This document shows positions 38,041 through 51,500 of a stretch of 64,000 nt of DNA, in pieces. The notes beneath the pieces were generated by a model, which was not told the DNA's origin, searched no databases, and was given only the letters and a program-made list of their open reading frames with translations. The position numbers and the translations under genes are program-made. Each line of letters begins with the position of its first letter. Positions within the stretch are counted from its first letter, which is position 1. Source of the DNA: Gnetum montanum (lineage: Eukaryota > Plantae > Gnetophyta); assembly GCA_015680685.1 (NCBI GenBank), contig MNCI01000286.1, positions 10,516 through 74,515 on the forward strand, read 5' to 3'.

Positions 38041-39953
38041 TTATTCTCTATTTATTTATTTTGTCATGGTCACTTAGGGCGAATGGTAAATATTGGGTCA
38101 TAAAAAGTTGATATAAACTAGGCAGAAATGTATATGTAAATGTAAATGCTTATGTTATGAAAAGAGAAGTGCTATATAGGTATCAATAAAAGATTTGAAA
38201 TGGTTTGTATTGCAAATGAAATGATTTTAATAATGTTTTATTTAGTTTAGTTTAATGATGTTCAAACGAATAAAAAGATACCGGTAAAAAATGGTTTGTA
38301 GATGATATGGAAAAACTATAAATGCATAAAGATTTAGTCCTTAGTAAAGGCTTAATAAAGGCATATTGTGAAAAAGAACCTTGTAAATAATTTCATATGG
38401 AAAAATGAAAAATTGTAGATCGATAAAATTTTAGCACATATGAAAGAGAATTCATGTAAATGATTCTATATGGTTAGAGCAAGGCTAGAATGATGAAGAT
38501 GCTTTTTATGGTTGCTTATTCTTCATTATTTGTTAAAACTAATTTTGGTGACTAGGTTCCTCTCTCCTTTGTTTGTTAGATTTATCTTTAGTTCCCAGTA
38601 TTACCATGCTTTGAAGAACCTAACCTTAGCCAAGGCGATATGAAGTTTGTTCTTGTGAATTTAAATGAACTTGGTAGATTGGTCATTCATTATTGATCCT
38701 TGATTTTAGCATGTCATAATCACTTGGCCTCTTAGGACCAAGTAGGTTTCTTTTCATTGCTTGAATTTAGCATGTACTCTAAAATTTTCCCATAGAATCT
38801 TTGCACATACCATCATTGTATGAGGGTGTAGTTGAATTGAATTTGGTATTTGTAGTTACCCAAGAATTCTATGATCTTACAATTCTTTTGGATTTGTTAT
38901 TTATATAGTGTACTTTGTATAAAATAAAATGATTGAATCATGAGAATTTTTTTGAATGTACTATTTTCATATAATGTCAAATAGTTTAGAATTTCTAAGT
39001 ATTTCTTACGTTGGAAATTTTTTCTTATTCCACAGACATTTTCAATGGAATGCAAAATTGTTGATTTAAAATCAAGCATGATGCAATAAAACCATAGTAG
39101 AGGTTTTTGTTGAAACTTAGCATAAATAATGTTGGAAATACTATTGAGGTATTGTTGAAATTCACTTATAAACAATCAAAAAATTCCAACCTTAAGAAAT
39201 ATGGTCAAATTCTATATTGCAAAATATCTAGCACTACAAGAAATTAGTAAATTCAAAAAATTCTAATGACTTAACAATGTTAATTTTATATACAACAAAA
39301 TATAGTTTTGAAATTTTTATTCATCTACCAAATTGAAAACAATAGTTTGATTGCAAAATTCTTCCACATGTGGGAAGGTATAACAAAATACCATATTAAA
39401 TATGACACAAAAAATTTTCAAACCCTTGAAAATGATGGTACATGCAAAGATTCTATAGAAAAAATCCAAAACACTAAATTTAATAAATAAAAGAAACTTA
39501 CTCTTAATTTTAAAAGTATAGAGATTACAAATCCTTTCTACTTGAATGAAAAACATGAAAATTAAGGATCAATCATGTTTACTAGATCAAGCCAACTAGC
39601 ACAACTATTTATCTAGATTCTTGCAACAAAAAGTAATTATTCAAGCAATCCTATCTAGATTTTCCAATTTTCAAATCCTATATCAAACAACTAAAATGTT
39701 TTTAACTATATAGACCTATAAGACATATAATGAACACACTACTTTTATAGAAGTTACATAAAACTTAAAGGTACCTTCACTATGATTCTAACAAGCAACC
39801 TTATGCATGAGCCACTATGAGCCAAAATTATTTGATTACATGTACTTTCAGATATCTAGTCAACATGATACTTTAGTAAAGGTTTTGACACTCCCAACAT
39901 GATTCTTCTGGTAGATGTTAGATAAAATATGCAAGAGCTTCAAGTATGACTAG

Positions 39954-40438
39954 TGATGAAGCGTTATATAGTCGATGTGTCGACTAGGCTGCGTATACAA
40001 GGCCCCGTATACGTGGCCGCGTTGACGTGGCCCTATCGACGTAGCCTTCCTGCATCGATGTGGCCCTGTTTACGTAGCCGCCTATCCTGGCCTATACATA
40101 AGAGGGCCTTCCGCCTCATTTAGGCATCTTTTGAGTAGTTGTAGCGAAGCTCTTGTAGTTTGTTCCCGTAGGAGTTAGATTATTTTCCCAAGTGCATGCC
40201 CGCAGTGTGATGTTTGTAATTGTACAACACCTTTATTCGAGTGTGACGTACTTGGACGCGCACATGATCAGAAATAAAGATCNCAAAGCAAATACTAGTC
40301 CAGGTGGGAAGACAACGAACTGCGATCAACGTGTAACTATCTAGATACCACAACTAGCCTGTCCACGGAGTTTGACTGGATGGTGCGTGAACGCTCGTAT
40401 TCGTATGGTTGAGTGTAGGGGTACCTCATCGCTCATCA
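39954..40438 (+). mobile_element. Solo LTR, Athila-like family (middle collapsed at single N)
   Basis: TGATGAA...CTCATCA termini with a perfect TSD ACTAG on both sides. TATA near 40092. Confidence 0.85.
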
Positions 40439-42369
40439 ACTAGTATTGTTGGCTACTTAAGATGTTTCAAATATTGAGATAACTAAGCCTTGTCTTGTTG
40501 GCTAAAGAGAAGAGGGTGATGAACTTTTGTTTTAGGAGAAGAAAGCCATGTTTTCTTAAAACATCTAAATGTTAAAAATGTCTCAAGTGTCACTTGAACT
40601 TACAATGGGTAAAACAATTAAATAACTAAGTGAGATATCTTGTTATACAATATAAAATGTCAATGAGACTTCTTTAGTTAGATTATGCAACTTGTAATTT
40701 GCAAACCATAGATTTAATTTATATGAGTATAATGATCTAACAACACATGTTGTACAAAAATTTTGTGTTGGCTGTTGACTATATGCCCAAGTCAAGGGTA
40801 CATATAAACAATGATCTTGTTCTTATGCAACTCCAAACTTGCATCTTAAAGGCCCAAGAGTTCAAATGAATGACAAAGACGTCACATAGTCTGTCGCCTC
40901 GCTTGGGCACTCCGCTTGATATGCATAAACCACGGACGGACCACCGTGGTGGCCATACAAGGTCATATTTTTTTTACAATGCCAAGAGCTTTATCAATCC
41001 GTTGCTTTCCCTTTATTCCTTCATTTCCCATACAATAAATATTTGCACAATGATGTTTGCTAAAAGCAAATCAAAAGCATGGATACTGCACAAGGAATGA
41101 ACAGAGCAGAGAAGGGATAAGTTGGTGGCTTTTCACAAGTTGACCACATCCATCGCCAGATCTCTGTTCACATTCTATGCTTAAACATGTGCATGTGACA
41201 CCCATCTTCTAAGGTACGTTGGCTTTCTTTTTAAATAGATCATTGAGTATGACAGCTTCTTTGTTTTAAATACTGAATGAGGTAATATTTTAGTAAATGA
41301 TTGTAGGATGATTTCTTTGGAACGACATAAATCTTTACTTGATAAAAGGGTACCTTGCATACTTTTTTAGCTGATATTGCATGGCAGTGAAACCAAATGA
41401 AGTAACTTGAATACTGTGAATCAGGAATTTTAAAATTACGACGCGGTTACATCGAAAAAAGTCCAATCTTGGAAGCAAAGCAAGGCATGAAACTTTGACG
41501 CAACACGAGCATCCCCTTTCCAAATTTTACAGCAGCACAGCTATCTACCAACACAGCAGCTGCAATGACAGTGCCACCCACTATCTGCAACTGCCAATTC
41601 CAGATTCCAAGGATTACTTAAACATTACTTTAATTAAAACTCGCACAATCAGCCTCAAACTGTGATTTTAAATCTTTGTTTTTTTTTAAATAATCTCAAC
41701 CTCAACCTGAAACTGCAAAACTATAACACCTCCCAAAACTGTACTCATTGCATAAACGCGTTCCAATAATGTGAAAAAGGCGGCATTGGTATTTGGTATT
41801 ATGCACAATTCCATGGAATGCTTAAACACTGCTTTAATTAAACCTCGACTAATCACCCTCAAACTGTGATTCCATTTCCAATCTACCACAAAACAAATCT
41901 ATCAACCTCAACCTGAAACTGCAAAACTCACACAGCTCCAAAGTCTGTACTGATTCCCAAAGCTGTTGACAGCCCAAACTGCATAAAAACCGGACAATAA
42001 TGCAGAAAAAGGCGGAATTGGTCTATGGTATTATGCATAATAGTTGCATTTCCACAGTACTGGGATGCCCTTCTTCACCAGACCAATTATCATTACAAAG
42101 CAACAATCCCACTACTATTGATGTAGTAGCTTTTTCTTGTGTGGCTGTGCTGGGCTGTTTCTGGGCCAAGGGTTAGTTCTGGGTTTGAGGTCCGTTGCGG
42201 TTTACCCACTATCACGCCAAAGAAGAGCTTCACATTCACATGCACACACACAGCTGCTGGACCACTTTTATTTCTTCTTCTGTTATATGAGTTATTGAAT
42301 GTAGTAGTCTGAATTTTGTGCCATTTCATTCTGAGAGATTTGGCAGAGAAGCTTCCTGCTACCGCTCTA

Positions 42370-45300
42370 ATGGGGTTTCTCTGTTCTCTCCGATATGGAT
42401 TGGTATTGGGGTTATTCCTGTGTCTGTACAATGCTGAGGCGCTTGTAGAAGAATCTCCTCCTCAGCCCATGACAGTGGGTGTGAGCATGGTCGTTAATGC
42501 ATCTGTCAAAATTGCAGAAACGGATAAGAATTTCATCTGTGCCACGCTCGATTGGTGGCCGCCTGAGAAATGCGATTATGGCAGATGCAGCTGGATGAAT
42601 GCATCTATCCTCACCCTGGTAAGAATTTTCTCATCTTGATTTTCATGGTTTTCTGTTAAAATTGCTTTTGGTTCCTGGGTTTTTCTTTAACTTGCTTGCT
42701 ATTATTGCTGTGGGTTACTGAGGCTACCAGGATCTGAAGAACCCAGCTTTGGCCAACGCCATAAGAGGTAGGTTTGGTTCTTCTGCATTATGTTTGGCCG
42801 AAACTTGGCAGAGATCTGGTTGGGTTTTAGATGCCTGAGACTGAGAATGACCTGAGCTTAAAATTGTTTGTGGGTTTTTGTATCTGGTTGAGATTTAGGT
42901 ATTTTGAGAATGCGAATGAGGTGAGGTTGAAATTGTTTGTGGGTTTTGGTTGCAGCTTTTTCGCCCCTGAAAGTTAGGTTGGGTGGCACCCTTCAAGATA
43001 AGTTGCTCTATGATGTTGGTCCTCTGTCGCAACCCTGTCATGACTTCCTTAGGGATCAGTCCAAAATGTTCGGTTTCAGTAAAGGATGTCTCTCAATGGA
43101 AAAGTGGGATGAGATCTACAGTTTTTTGCATGCAGCAGGGTAATTTTCTGCCTCATTGGCTAATTGCCAGACTCCAATTTATCCTAACAATGCAATGGAT
43201 TTTACATATCTGAATAGCTTCCTGTTGCATATTTTTAATTCAGGGCCCAGGTAATATTTGGGCTGAATGCATTATATGGTCGGCATCAGATGACTAAGGA
43301 TGGACAGTGGGGAGGAGCTTGGAATTCTAGCAATGCCCGCAGTTTCATCAAATACACTGTTGATCAGGGCTACAGTGTTAAGGCTTGGGAATTTGGTAAG
43401 GTCTCTAATCGGTTACGATGAAATGATTAACTTTGTACCATCCATAGGTTGCAAAGCATATTGCTTTAGGCAAGCTGCTTAAATCATAGTATATTCAGTT
43501 GCAAGATGATTTCTGAACATTTGAAAATAAATAGCATTAAAAGGTTTAAAGAAGATAACTAGCATTACAGTTAAATATCTCATCGAGATGTAACATATAA
43601 AGCTTAGTATTAAGCAGTTAAAAATTATTTTAAAGTTAATCAAAATGATTTAATAATTATTCTATGGACTTGGATGAGCTGGTTAGCGCTAGTAACTTTT
43701 CCTCTGGAGAATCCTTATTAACTCTAGCAAAACTAACCAATGATTGGTTTGGTTGTGTAAGTTTAATTTTGTTCAAAGTTGTTGCTAATTCTGTTGAGGT
43801 TATATCGATATTGTGCGATGTTTCAAACCGTTGGGCAGGCAATGAATTGAGTGGCAGTGGCATTGGAGCAAGAGTAGATGCCAAACAATATGCTGCTGAC
43901 GTCAAAGTGCTGCATTCGGTGTTGAGGGATATTTACAAGAATTCCAAGGAGAAACCATTGCTAGTTGCACCGGATGGGTTCTTCGATTTCACATGGTTTA
44001 AGGCCCTGGTTCAAGGAACCGGACCCAATGTATTGAATGCTGTTACACGCCATATATACAATCTTGGACCAGGTAAAAATTTTCAAAGAGAAATTCAAGG
44101 ATAGTTAATTGCTTACTGAATTGAAGAGAGAAGCAATAGCATAAACGAGTGAGCTTGTAACGTTTATTTCTTTCACTAGGAATGGAGAAGAACTTGATGC
44201 GGAAGATACTTAACCCATCATTCTTAGATAAAGAGATTACTAAATTCAGAAAAATGCAAACTATTTTGCAAAGTGATGGTCCCTGGGCAAGCTCTTGGGT
44301 TGGAGAAGCAGGCGGATCCTCCAACAGTGGGAAGCATCTTATTTCAGATGCATTTGTAAATAGTTTTTGGTAAGGACAAATGAGTATTGGTTCTTTCTGT
44401 CCAAATCAATCCCTTATCCTTGTCCCAACAAAACGGGATTGTCTCCCTTAATGTATATAAAAAATATGATTTTTGTATTATATGATAAAATCTGTGGATA
44501 ATCTTAACTTGTTTACTGCAAATTTTTATGCTTGTATGCCACAAATCTATCTGTTCTGGTTATTTGTGGAAATAGGAAAGATAACATTGGATTTTCATTA
44601 ACAGAGTTTCCTACTGTGAACAGGTATTTGGATCAGTTAGGAATGGCAGCCAAGTTTAATACTAAGGTCTATTGTAGACAAAGCTTGGTTGGTGGTAATT
44701 ACGGGCTTCTAAACACGACTACTTTTGCACCAAATCCTGATTATTACAGGTTAGCAAAGATTCTATATTTCTAAAATGTATGCATCTTACAGGCTATTCA
44801 CCTCTTCAAGTCACAGTTTTCTACGAAGAGAGATTTTAAAATTTTCTCGTGTTGATGAGAACATAAATAATAATTTCCAAAGAGACCTTTAACTGAAGTG
44901 TGGTTGCCATTCATGTTGCAGTGCATTGCTTTGGCACCGAGTGATGGGAAGCAGGGCTCTTTCTGTCCAGTTCATAGGACCATCCCATTTCCGTGCATAT
45001 GCTCATTGTGCAAAGAATGATGTGAGTATCCTAAATCAGGCAACTCTTTCTCTTTTGTGTGTTATCTAGTACAATTTGTTATCTAACTGAAGTGTAATTT
45101 TTTCACACCATTGTTATAAAGCTTTTTCCAATTTTTTTTGGTAATTTATTTCTGGAAAACATTTTACTTAACCTTAGTGGATGTTAGAGACAAAGCAAGC
45201 TTTATATCCATGTTGGCATTCTTTCCATGTTTACATATTCTTGTTCATGATTGAAATTTTGATGAAAATGTGATTTGCTTTTTCTCCCCTTTTTATTCAT

Positions 45301-45797
45301 ATTGGCTTTTCATGGAGTCCTCATTGTTTATGATACTCCTAGACATTATGCACATGACTGATTTAGAAGAAAGTTATGTATATGTCTGCTACATTTGCTA
45401 AAATTTTTGGACTTTTTTTTTGCAGACTGGAATTTCACTTCTTTTCATTAATCTTAGCAATGATACAAAAATTGAAGTAATGGTTTCAGCCTACCCAAAC
45501 ACTACAAATGTGGGTTTTCGAAAAAGTTTTATTTACCATCTGAAAAAAGTTTTTTCTTGGGCCGGAAGCAAAACTTCTGCAGTTAGGGATTACAGAATGG
45601 AATATCACTTGACACCTAAAGATGGCAATCTGCAGAGTCAAGACATGCTTCTGAATGGTGCATTACTAAATGCAAGTGAAGGAAACATTCCTCAGCTTGT
45701 TCCTCGTATGGTGGATGCAGGGCTACCTATTGCAGTATCTCCAATGTCTATTCTTTTTGTAACTATACCTAGCATAGTGGTCCAAGCATGCAGCTAG
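42370..45797 (+). CDS. Heparanase-like protein / glycoside hydrolase family 79 beta-glucuronidase, 547 aa; exons 42370-42618, 42731-42767, 42956-43139, 43244-43395, 43839-44072, 44180-44369, 44624-44749, 44922-45021, 45426-45797
   Basis: All introns are GT-AG with matching phases, total 1644 nt. Signal-peptide-like N-terminus. Motifs FICATLDWWPPEKCDY, RLGGTLQD, WEFGNEL (acid/base), WVGEAGG (nucleophile), YCRQSLVGGNYGLL and PNPDYY. Confidence 0.96.
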
Positions 45798-47060
45798 AAG
45801 TAATAAAGAAATGTATGAAAATATGTAACATACTAATTGAATTAGTTATGTTGTGCCATGAACAGTATTTGGTCAGATTTTGACTAATAATTTCTCAATG
45901 GGAATTCCAGAAAGTTGAAGAGAATTCCTAGATTTGGAACTCCAACCCATGAAGTTCCAGACAATTAAGAAAGTGATGTGGGGAGCAAGTCATGCTTGCT
46001 ATTTGAGAGTACTTGCCATTAAAGGAATTTGGAATTTGCACATGTCGTCTTTTCTGCATAAACACATTTTTTTAGAAAAAAAATTTCAAATTAGATATCT
46101 GCAAATTCGTGAATCTCTCTATGGATGCATGGCTTTCCCTTCATTTTAAGGGACTGATGCAGAGGGAATTCAAGGAAACAAAGAAATGGTAAGTATTAAT
46201 TCCTTAATAAATAGCAGGGATGACATCTGCTACAAGACACACAGCTGCTGATCATTGCTTTTATATGCTAAATTATCTACTTTATCTACTTAGTAGGACT
46301 TCTAAAGACATACTTCAACCTCCAGATAAATATAATAGTTCTTTGGTAGTTAATTAAAAAAAGTCTGATACATCTTTTGTGATTTAAAGTAACTACGTAG
46401 GCTCGAAGATGATATTGAGCATTCAAATTATAGTTACAGATTTTCCATGTCATTGAAGAAGTTGACATAAGAAAATTGAGGTATGACAATTAGATCCTAA
46501 GGAGGATACGGTCTTTCATGCTAATTAAATTAAAACAATTTTAAGTGGAGTAGCCTTTTAAAATTTTTTTAAATCTGGTGGCAACAGCTAACGTTTTAAG
46601 ATTCTATGAATTCGTTGCTGGTAAGTAGATGTGGTTTAAATCAATCCGAATTAGTGTCTGGCAAGTGATCTGCAGGCCAACTTGGAAAATCATAGACAAT
46701 TGATCTCTGATGTTCATGGCCTCTTTGCCTCCAAGAATGGTTTTTGTTTTTCCAAATAACGCGCTAACCATCTGTTACCTGCAGTCTCGTTAATTTGATC
46801 AATTGTACCACCAGTAAACTTTTGGTTTATGTTTTTCTTTTCTGCTGAAGCTCATCTGAAGCATTTTCTTGATTGAGTCAAACTTTACGATGAAGAGGGA
46901 GCCCTGGAATTTTTGCTCTAGACGTGGCAAATATGAAATGTGAATATTCGAATAGACGCTAAATCTTAATCCTTTATGATAAAGCTGCTAAATCTAGATA
47001 ATTTTAGCATCAAAGAAGTTTCTAATGGTATCATAAACAATAAACTAAGTTTTACACCAT

Positions 47061-47120
47061 AATTTGAGTAAACTAAACAAAATTTGAGTAAACTAAACAA
47101 AATTTGAGTAAACTAAACAA
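47061..47120. repeat. 20-bp tandem repeat x3
   Basis: AATTTGAGTAAACTAAACAA repeated three times. Confidence 0.9.
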
Positions 47121-48531
47121 AAAGAGGTTAGCTTAGTGCTAAGACTTGATTGGGTAATTTCTAAGTTGAGTCTGTAATGTTGAGTTATGAATTTAATTTG
47201 GGTATTGAACCCTAAAAAAATATATATTATTAAAAATAAAAATTCAGAGTACAAAAGTAGAGGAATACTGTATGCATCAAATGAATCTGATTCTTGGAAG
47301 CGAGGAATCCAAGATTTTCAATTCGTGTTTGGGTATGTAAGCATATGCAAAGACTGGAGACAGGTTCAGAGGTGGGGACATGAATTACAAAATAATAAAA
47401 TATTTAAATCAAATAATTTTTATTTTTTTTCACATTTTCCTACTGTTAAACATGAATTTTAAATTAAATTAAATTAAAAGTTTCCAGAGAGAATCTTGTA
47501 CACTTTTGTTCGCACTCCCTTCCAAAACATACCGTTTTAAAAAATTTTATGGGATTCGTCAATCTTCGGCGCATAGAAAATACTGCAAAGAGGAGAAACT
47601 GCAAATCAACAAAAAGGAAAGGCCTAATGGTTTTGGGATGTCTTTTCAGTTTTTCATTTGTACAACCAATCCTGAAATGCCCTTTCAAGTTTTCATTCAT
47701 ACAATCAATCCTGAAAAACCTTCTGTTTGGGTAGGAAATCAGACATTCAATGAAAAGCTTAATATTGAATTTAAAGTTCTGATTTAACAATGTCTTAAGA
47801 GGTAAATATTGTTAAAAAAATGTTTTGGGTTTTAACATTTCATAATTTACCTAATAATTTGAGTAAACTTATTAAAAGAAAAATTAACAGAAATAGATGG
47901 AAAGAAACTATTAAAAAACATTAAAAAAAATTTGCATCGTAGTGTAAGTTTTAGCATGTGTGTAGAGGTGAATGGGAAATAGAATCTATGTAGTCTAATA
48001 TTGTTAGTACAAGGTTAGGATGATGATGCATATCTTATACATAATTTAGTAAAAAGAAAAATAGAAAATATAGGCCTTGGGTGATGATCCTTTTTCAGGG
48101 AAAATACACTTGATTTTGCAATGTTTAGCATTCTTTGAATTTAAAGAATTTTAGTTAATATGGTATAGATAGATTCTTGATAGTTTCTAGCATTTTAGAT
48201 ATGAAAATCCATTTTACAAAAGGCAAAGATTTTACATTTGATGAGATTTATATATTTGGTTTAAATATGAATTTTTGATTGAATAAATTTTAAAGAATTA
48301 TAAAAATGTATTGATTTTCAATTTATTTATTTGAAACAAGATTCATTAATTTTAGGAGTTGATTATTCAAGGTCGAATCTTTTTTGATCCTATCCTTAGT
48401 ATGTCATTGTGACCTTCCAATTTACTAAAACTAAAATTTTATTACATTTGTAAACACTTTGGATCTATTGGACAATAGAAATATACATGTCATGAGTTTC
48501 AAAAACATCATTAACAAAATTACTAAGTGCT

Positions 48532-51500
48532 TGATGAGTGGTAAGTATATCCAATGCTCTACCATATAATCTACAAGCATCCTAGTAGATGGTGTCATAA
48601 TCTATGGATGATGCTTATGTTATTGCCTAGGAAGTTATTTGGTAATTGCTGATTGTTGTCTTCCTACTTGAACTAATAGTGGTTCTAATGTGTATTGTTT
48701 AGTCCAAAGTGAGGTGTATGATTGTGATGTTGTTTGGTCATGGAATAAACTACTTAAAAATATAGAAATTAATTAATGAATTTAATTAACTAAGGAATAA
48801 ATACTATTCTAGCCTAAGGGAATGAGTGTCAAATCCCAACTTGCTATACACATTAAACTCATGCATTCACCTCTAAGATTACTAAGTGTTGTGCTATTGG
48901 GTGAACCAAGCAATTGCATTACTGAGATTACAAAGTGAATATGTGTGTATGCTTGAAGCTAGTCATATTCATTTCGTCAAGTTACTAATGCACATGGAAA
49001 AGTACATTGTCAAGTTGATTACATTGGAAAGTAAATAACATAAAAATTAAATGCTAGAAAGTAGATTTAAACTAAGTTAGAATGTTGCAATGGAAGGGAA
49101 TCAATTTCAATCTTTATTATTATGCATGACTATATTTAGATCATTCCACTCAAATAAGAACACTAGACAATTGACTCAAAACCATATTACAAGTATTTGT
49201 TGACTGCTGCTAGGAATAAATATCAAATTGCAAGAGCTTTTCTACCCACTACATGAATGATGAATTTAATGTGATGTGTGGAACAATTTATAGGCATTTA
49301 TTATAGTTGTAATTTCACATTTGCGACATGACAACATAGTGTGCGAGGTCACATAAATGTTGTTGTAGCCCCATCATGTAACTTATTCATCATACTCCCA
49401 TAACTAACTAAAAACTTGTCCTCAAGTTAAATAAAATTAGGATAGAGTTTGTTATAAAATTTATAGAAGTGACCTTGATTGACTAATAGACTAACTACAT
49501 TACAAAAACTTGAGTGCTTCCATTATAAAATTTTATTCAAGTCGACTTTTACAAAAAATGAAGAAAATCCTAAATATACACAAAAATTTTCAAAATTACT
49601 AATGCATAGTCTTTAAGTTGTTCCAAGTGATGGTGACCCCCCTTGCCTTGGTGGTTCATATAGTTGTTAATTTGTTGCTTCTCTCTTCATGTGAAAATAT
49701 TTAAGGAACATATGGAATTTCTCCTCATTAGTTTGTGGATCATTTACAATCCTAACAAGCTTGGCCAAGTTTTTAGTTTTTAGAATATCCCATGGACATG
49801 GTAGGTCTAGAAACATTTTATTGGCTTAAATAAACTAGGTACCAAAAGTAGTGCACTCAACCTCAAAAGCCTGTAACTGTTCCTGAATTTGCTCATAGTC
49901 AACCATTCATTTCACCATGTTCGCTACAACATCTCTTTGTCCTATGTAGTGTGCTTGGAGAAACTCAAACTCTACATTAGCAATTGATAAATTTTGCGTA
50001 GTCTTGTTGTAGAGTTGGTGCTAGTTGTCAAAGTATAATTATAAAGCATGTGTACAATCATTAGTTTCTCATTAACAACATATAAAAAGATGAAAGTTAT
50101 TAATAAAGAGATGTAACTATTCATGAACATATAGAAAGACACAACTGTTCATGAATAACTGTGACTTCTTATGAGGGATATAAGCCATGGATTTGGTTGC
50201 TCCATATCATCACCATCATGATACACAATACATTGTAGTAGACATGAAATATTCATGACCAAGAAAAAATAAAGAAACATGTGAAGAAGAGATTCAAAAA
50301 ATGAAGAAGAAAAAGAAGAATAAATGACGTAAACCAAAGTTCCACAAGTAATACTTATAATGAGGTTACAAAAAAGAAAGAAACCATGAAGCAAATACAT
50401 AAGATCGTAAGTAAACATAATATTAATGTAATGCTTATGAAATCATTAGGTAAACATAGATTTACAATGATCATATTTACAATGACTATCATAACTTATG
50501 ATGAACTTCATAACTAGAGTTAAAGGAGTTGTTGAGCATCATTTACAAGAGAAGCAGAGGAATGTAAGAAGATGTTACAAAACAAAAAATTTGTAATGAG
50601 CACCCGAGTACTAAAACCAAAAGGCTTAAGAAGTAACTCAAAGTTAAGAAGCAAGTATTGTAGGAGACAAGTGCAATCCTTGTAGTACCAGATTCATTTT
50701 TCTAAAGAGGAAGAGAAGGTTTAAACTGTGCTATACGTAGTCTAGTCTAGTTTCTTAAATAAGAAGAGAAGGCCATCCAAAAGGTTATACTGGAAAAGAA
50801 AAGAAAAGAAAGAAAAAGTCTTATGAAGAACTATTTCGTAAAGCCCAATGAAGCTAAGTTAATAGTGGCTTAGCAAAGTTAAGAAAGAAGTTAAGTGGAA
50901 GAAGACTTAATGAAGTATAGTGAATAACATGAAGCTAAGTTTATTAAGAATTTAGTGAAGTACGAAAGTGTAGCTGTGACAATCCACAACACAAGTGTTT
51001 ATAATACAATGTAAGTTACAAAAAACAACCAAGAAGAAATTTTATGAATGAATATAATTACATATTATGAATGATGTTATTATTAGTTATAAAAAGTGTA
51101 TCTCCCACTCAAAGATCCTAAGGAAACAATGTTATGTTATGAATGCAATGAAAATTCAACCAACAAAATTCTAACCTCCTTTTCTAACTCACTTTTGGAC
51201 TTACCTACTATTAGCATGGTGAAATTTTCATATCTAAGGTTAGCTAGTTCCGTGTATTATGTCATATCCTTGATTTGCAATTTTTTAATTTTGATCATTT
51301 CTTGATTAACTAAATTTATCCTTTCAAGGATACCTTTCTAGGTAGTGTTGACAATCTATTGGGAAGCAACATTTAATTTGACCTTGACCATCTTGATTTC
51401 CTTCCTATTGATTTCCTTCTAAAGGCTAACCTAATCTTTGAAATGTTCCTTGAACTTTTTCTATCTCCTCACCTCATTCTTCTAGGTCCTAATCTTAATG

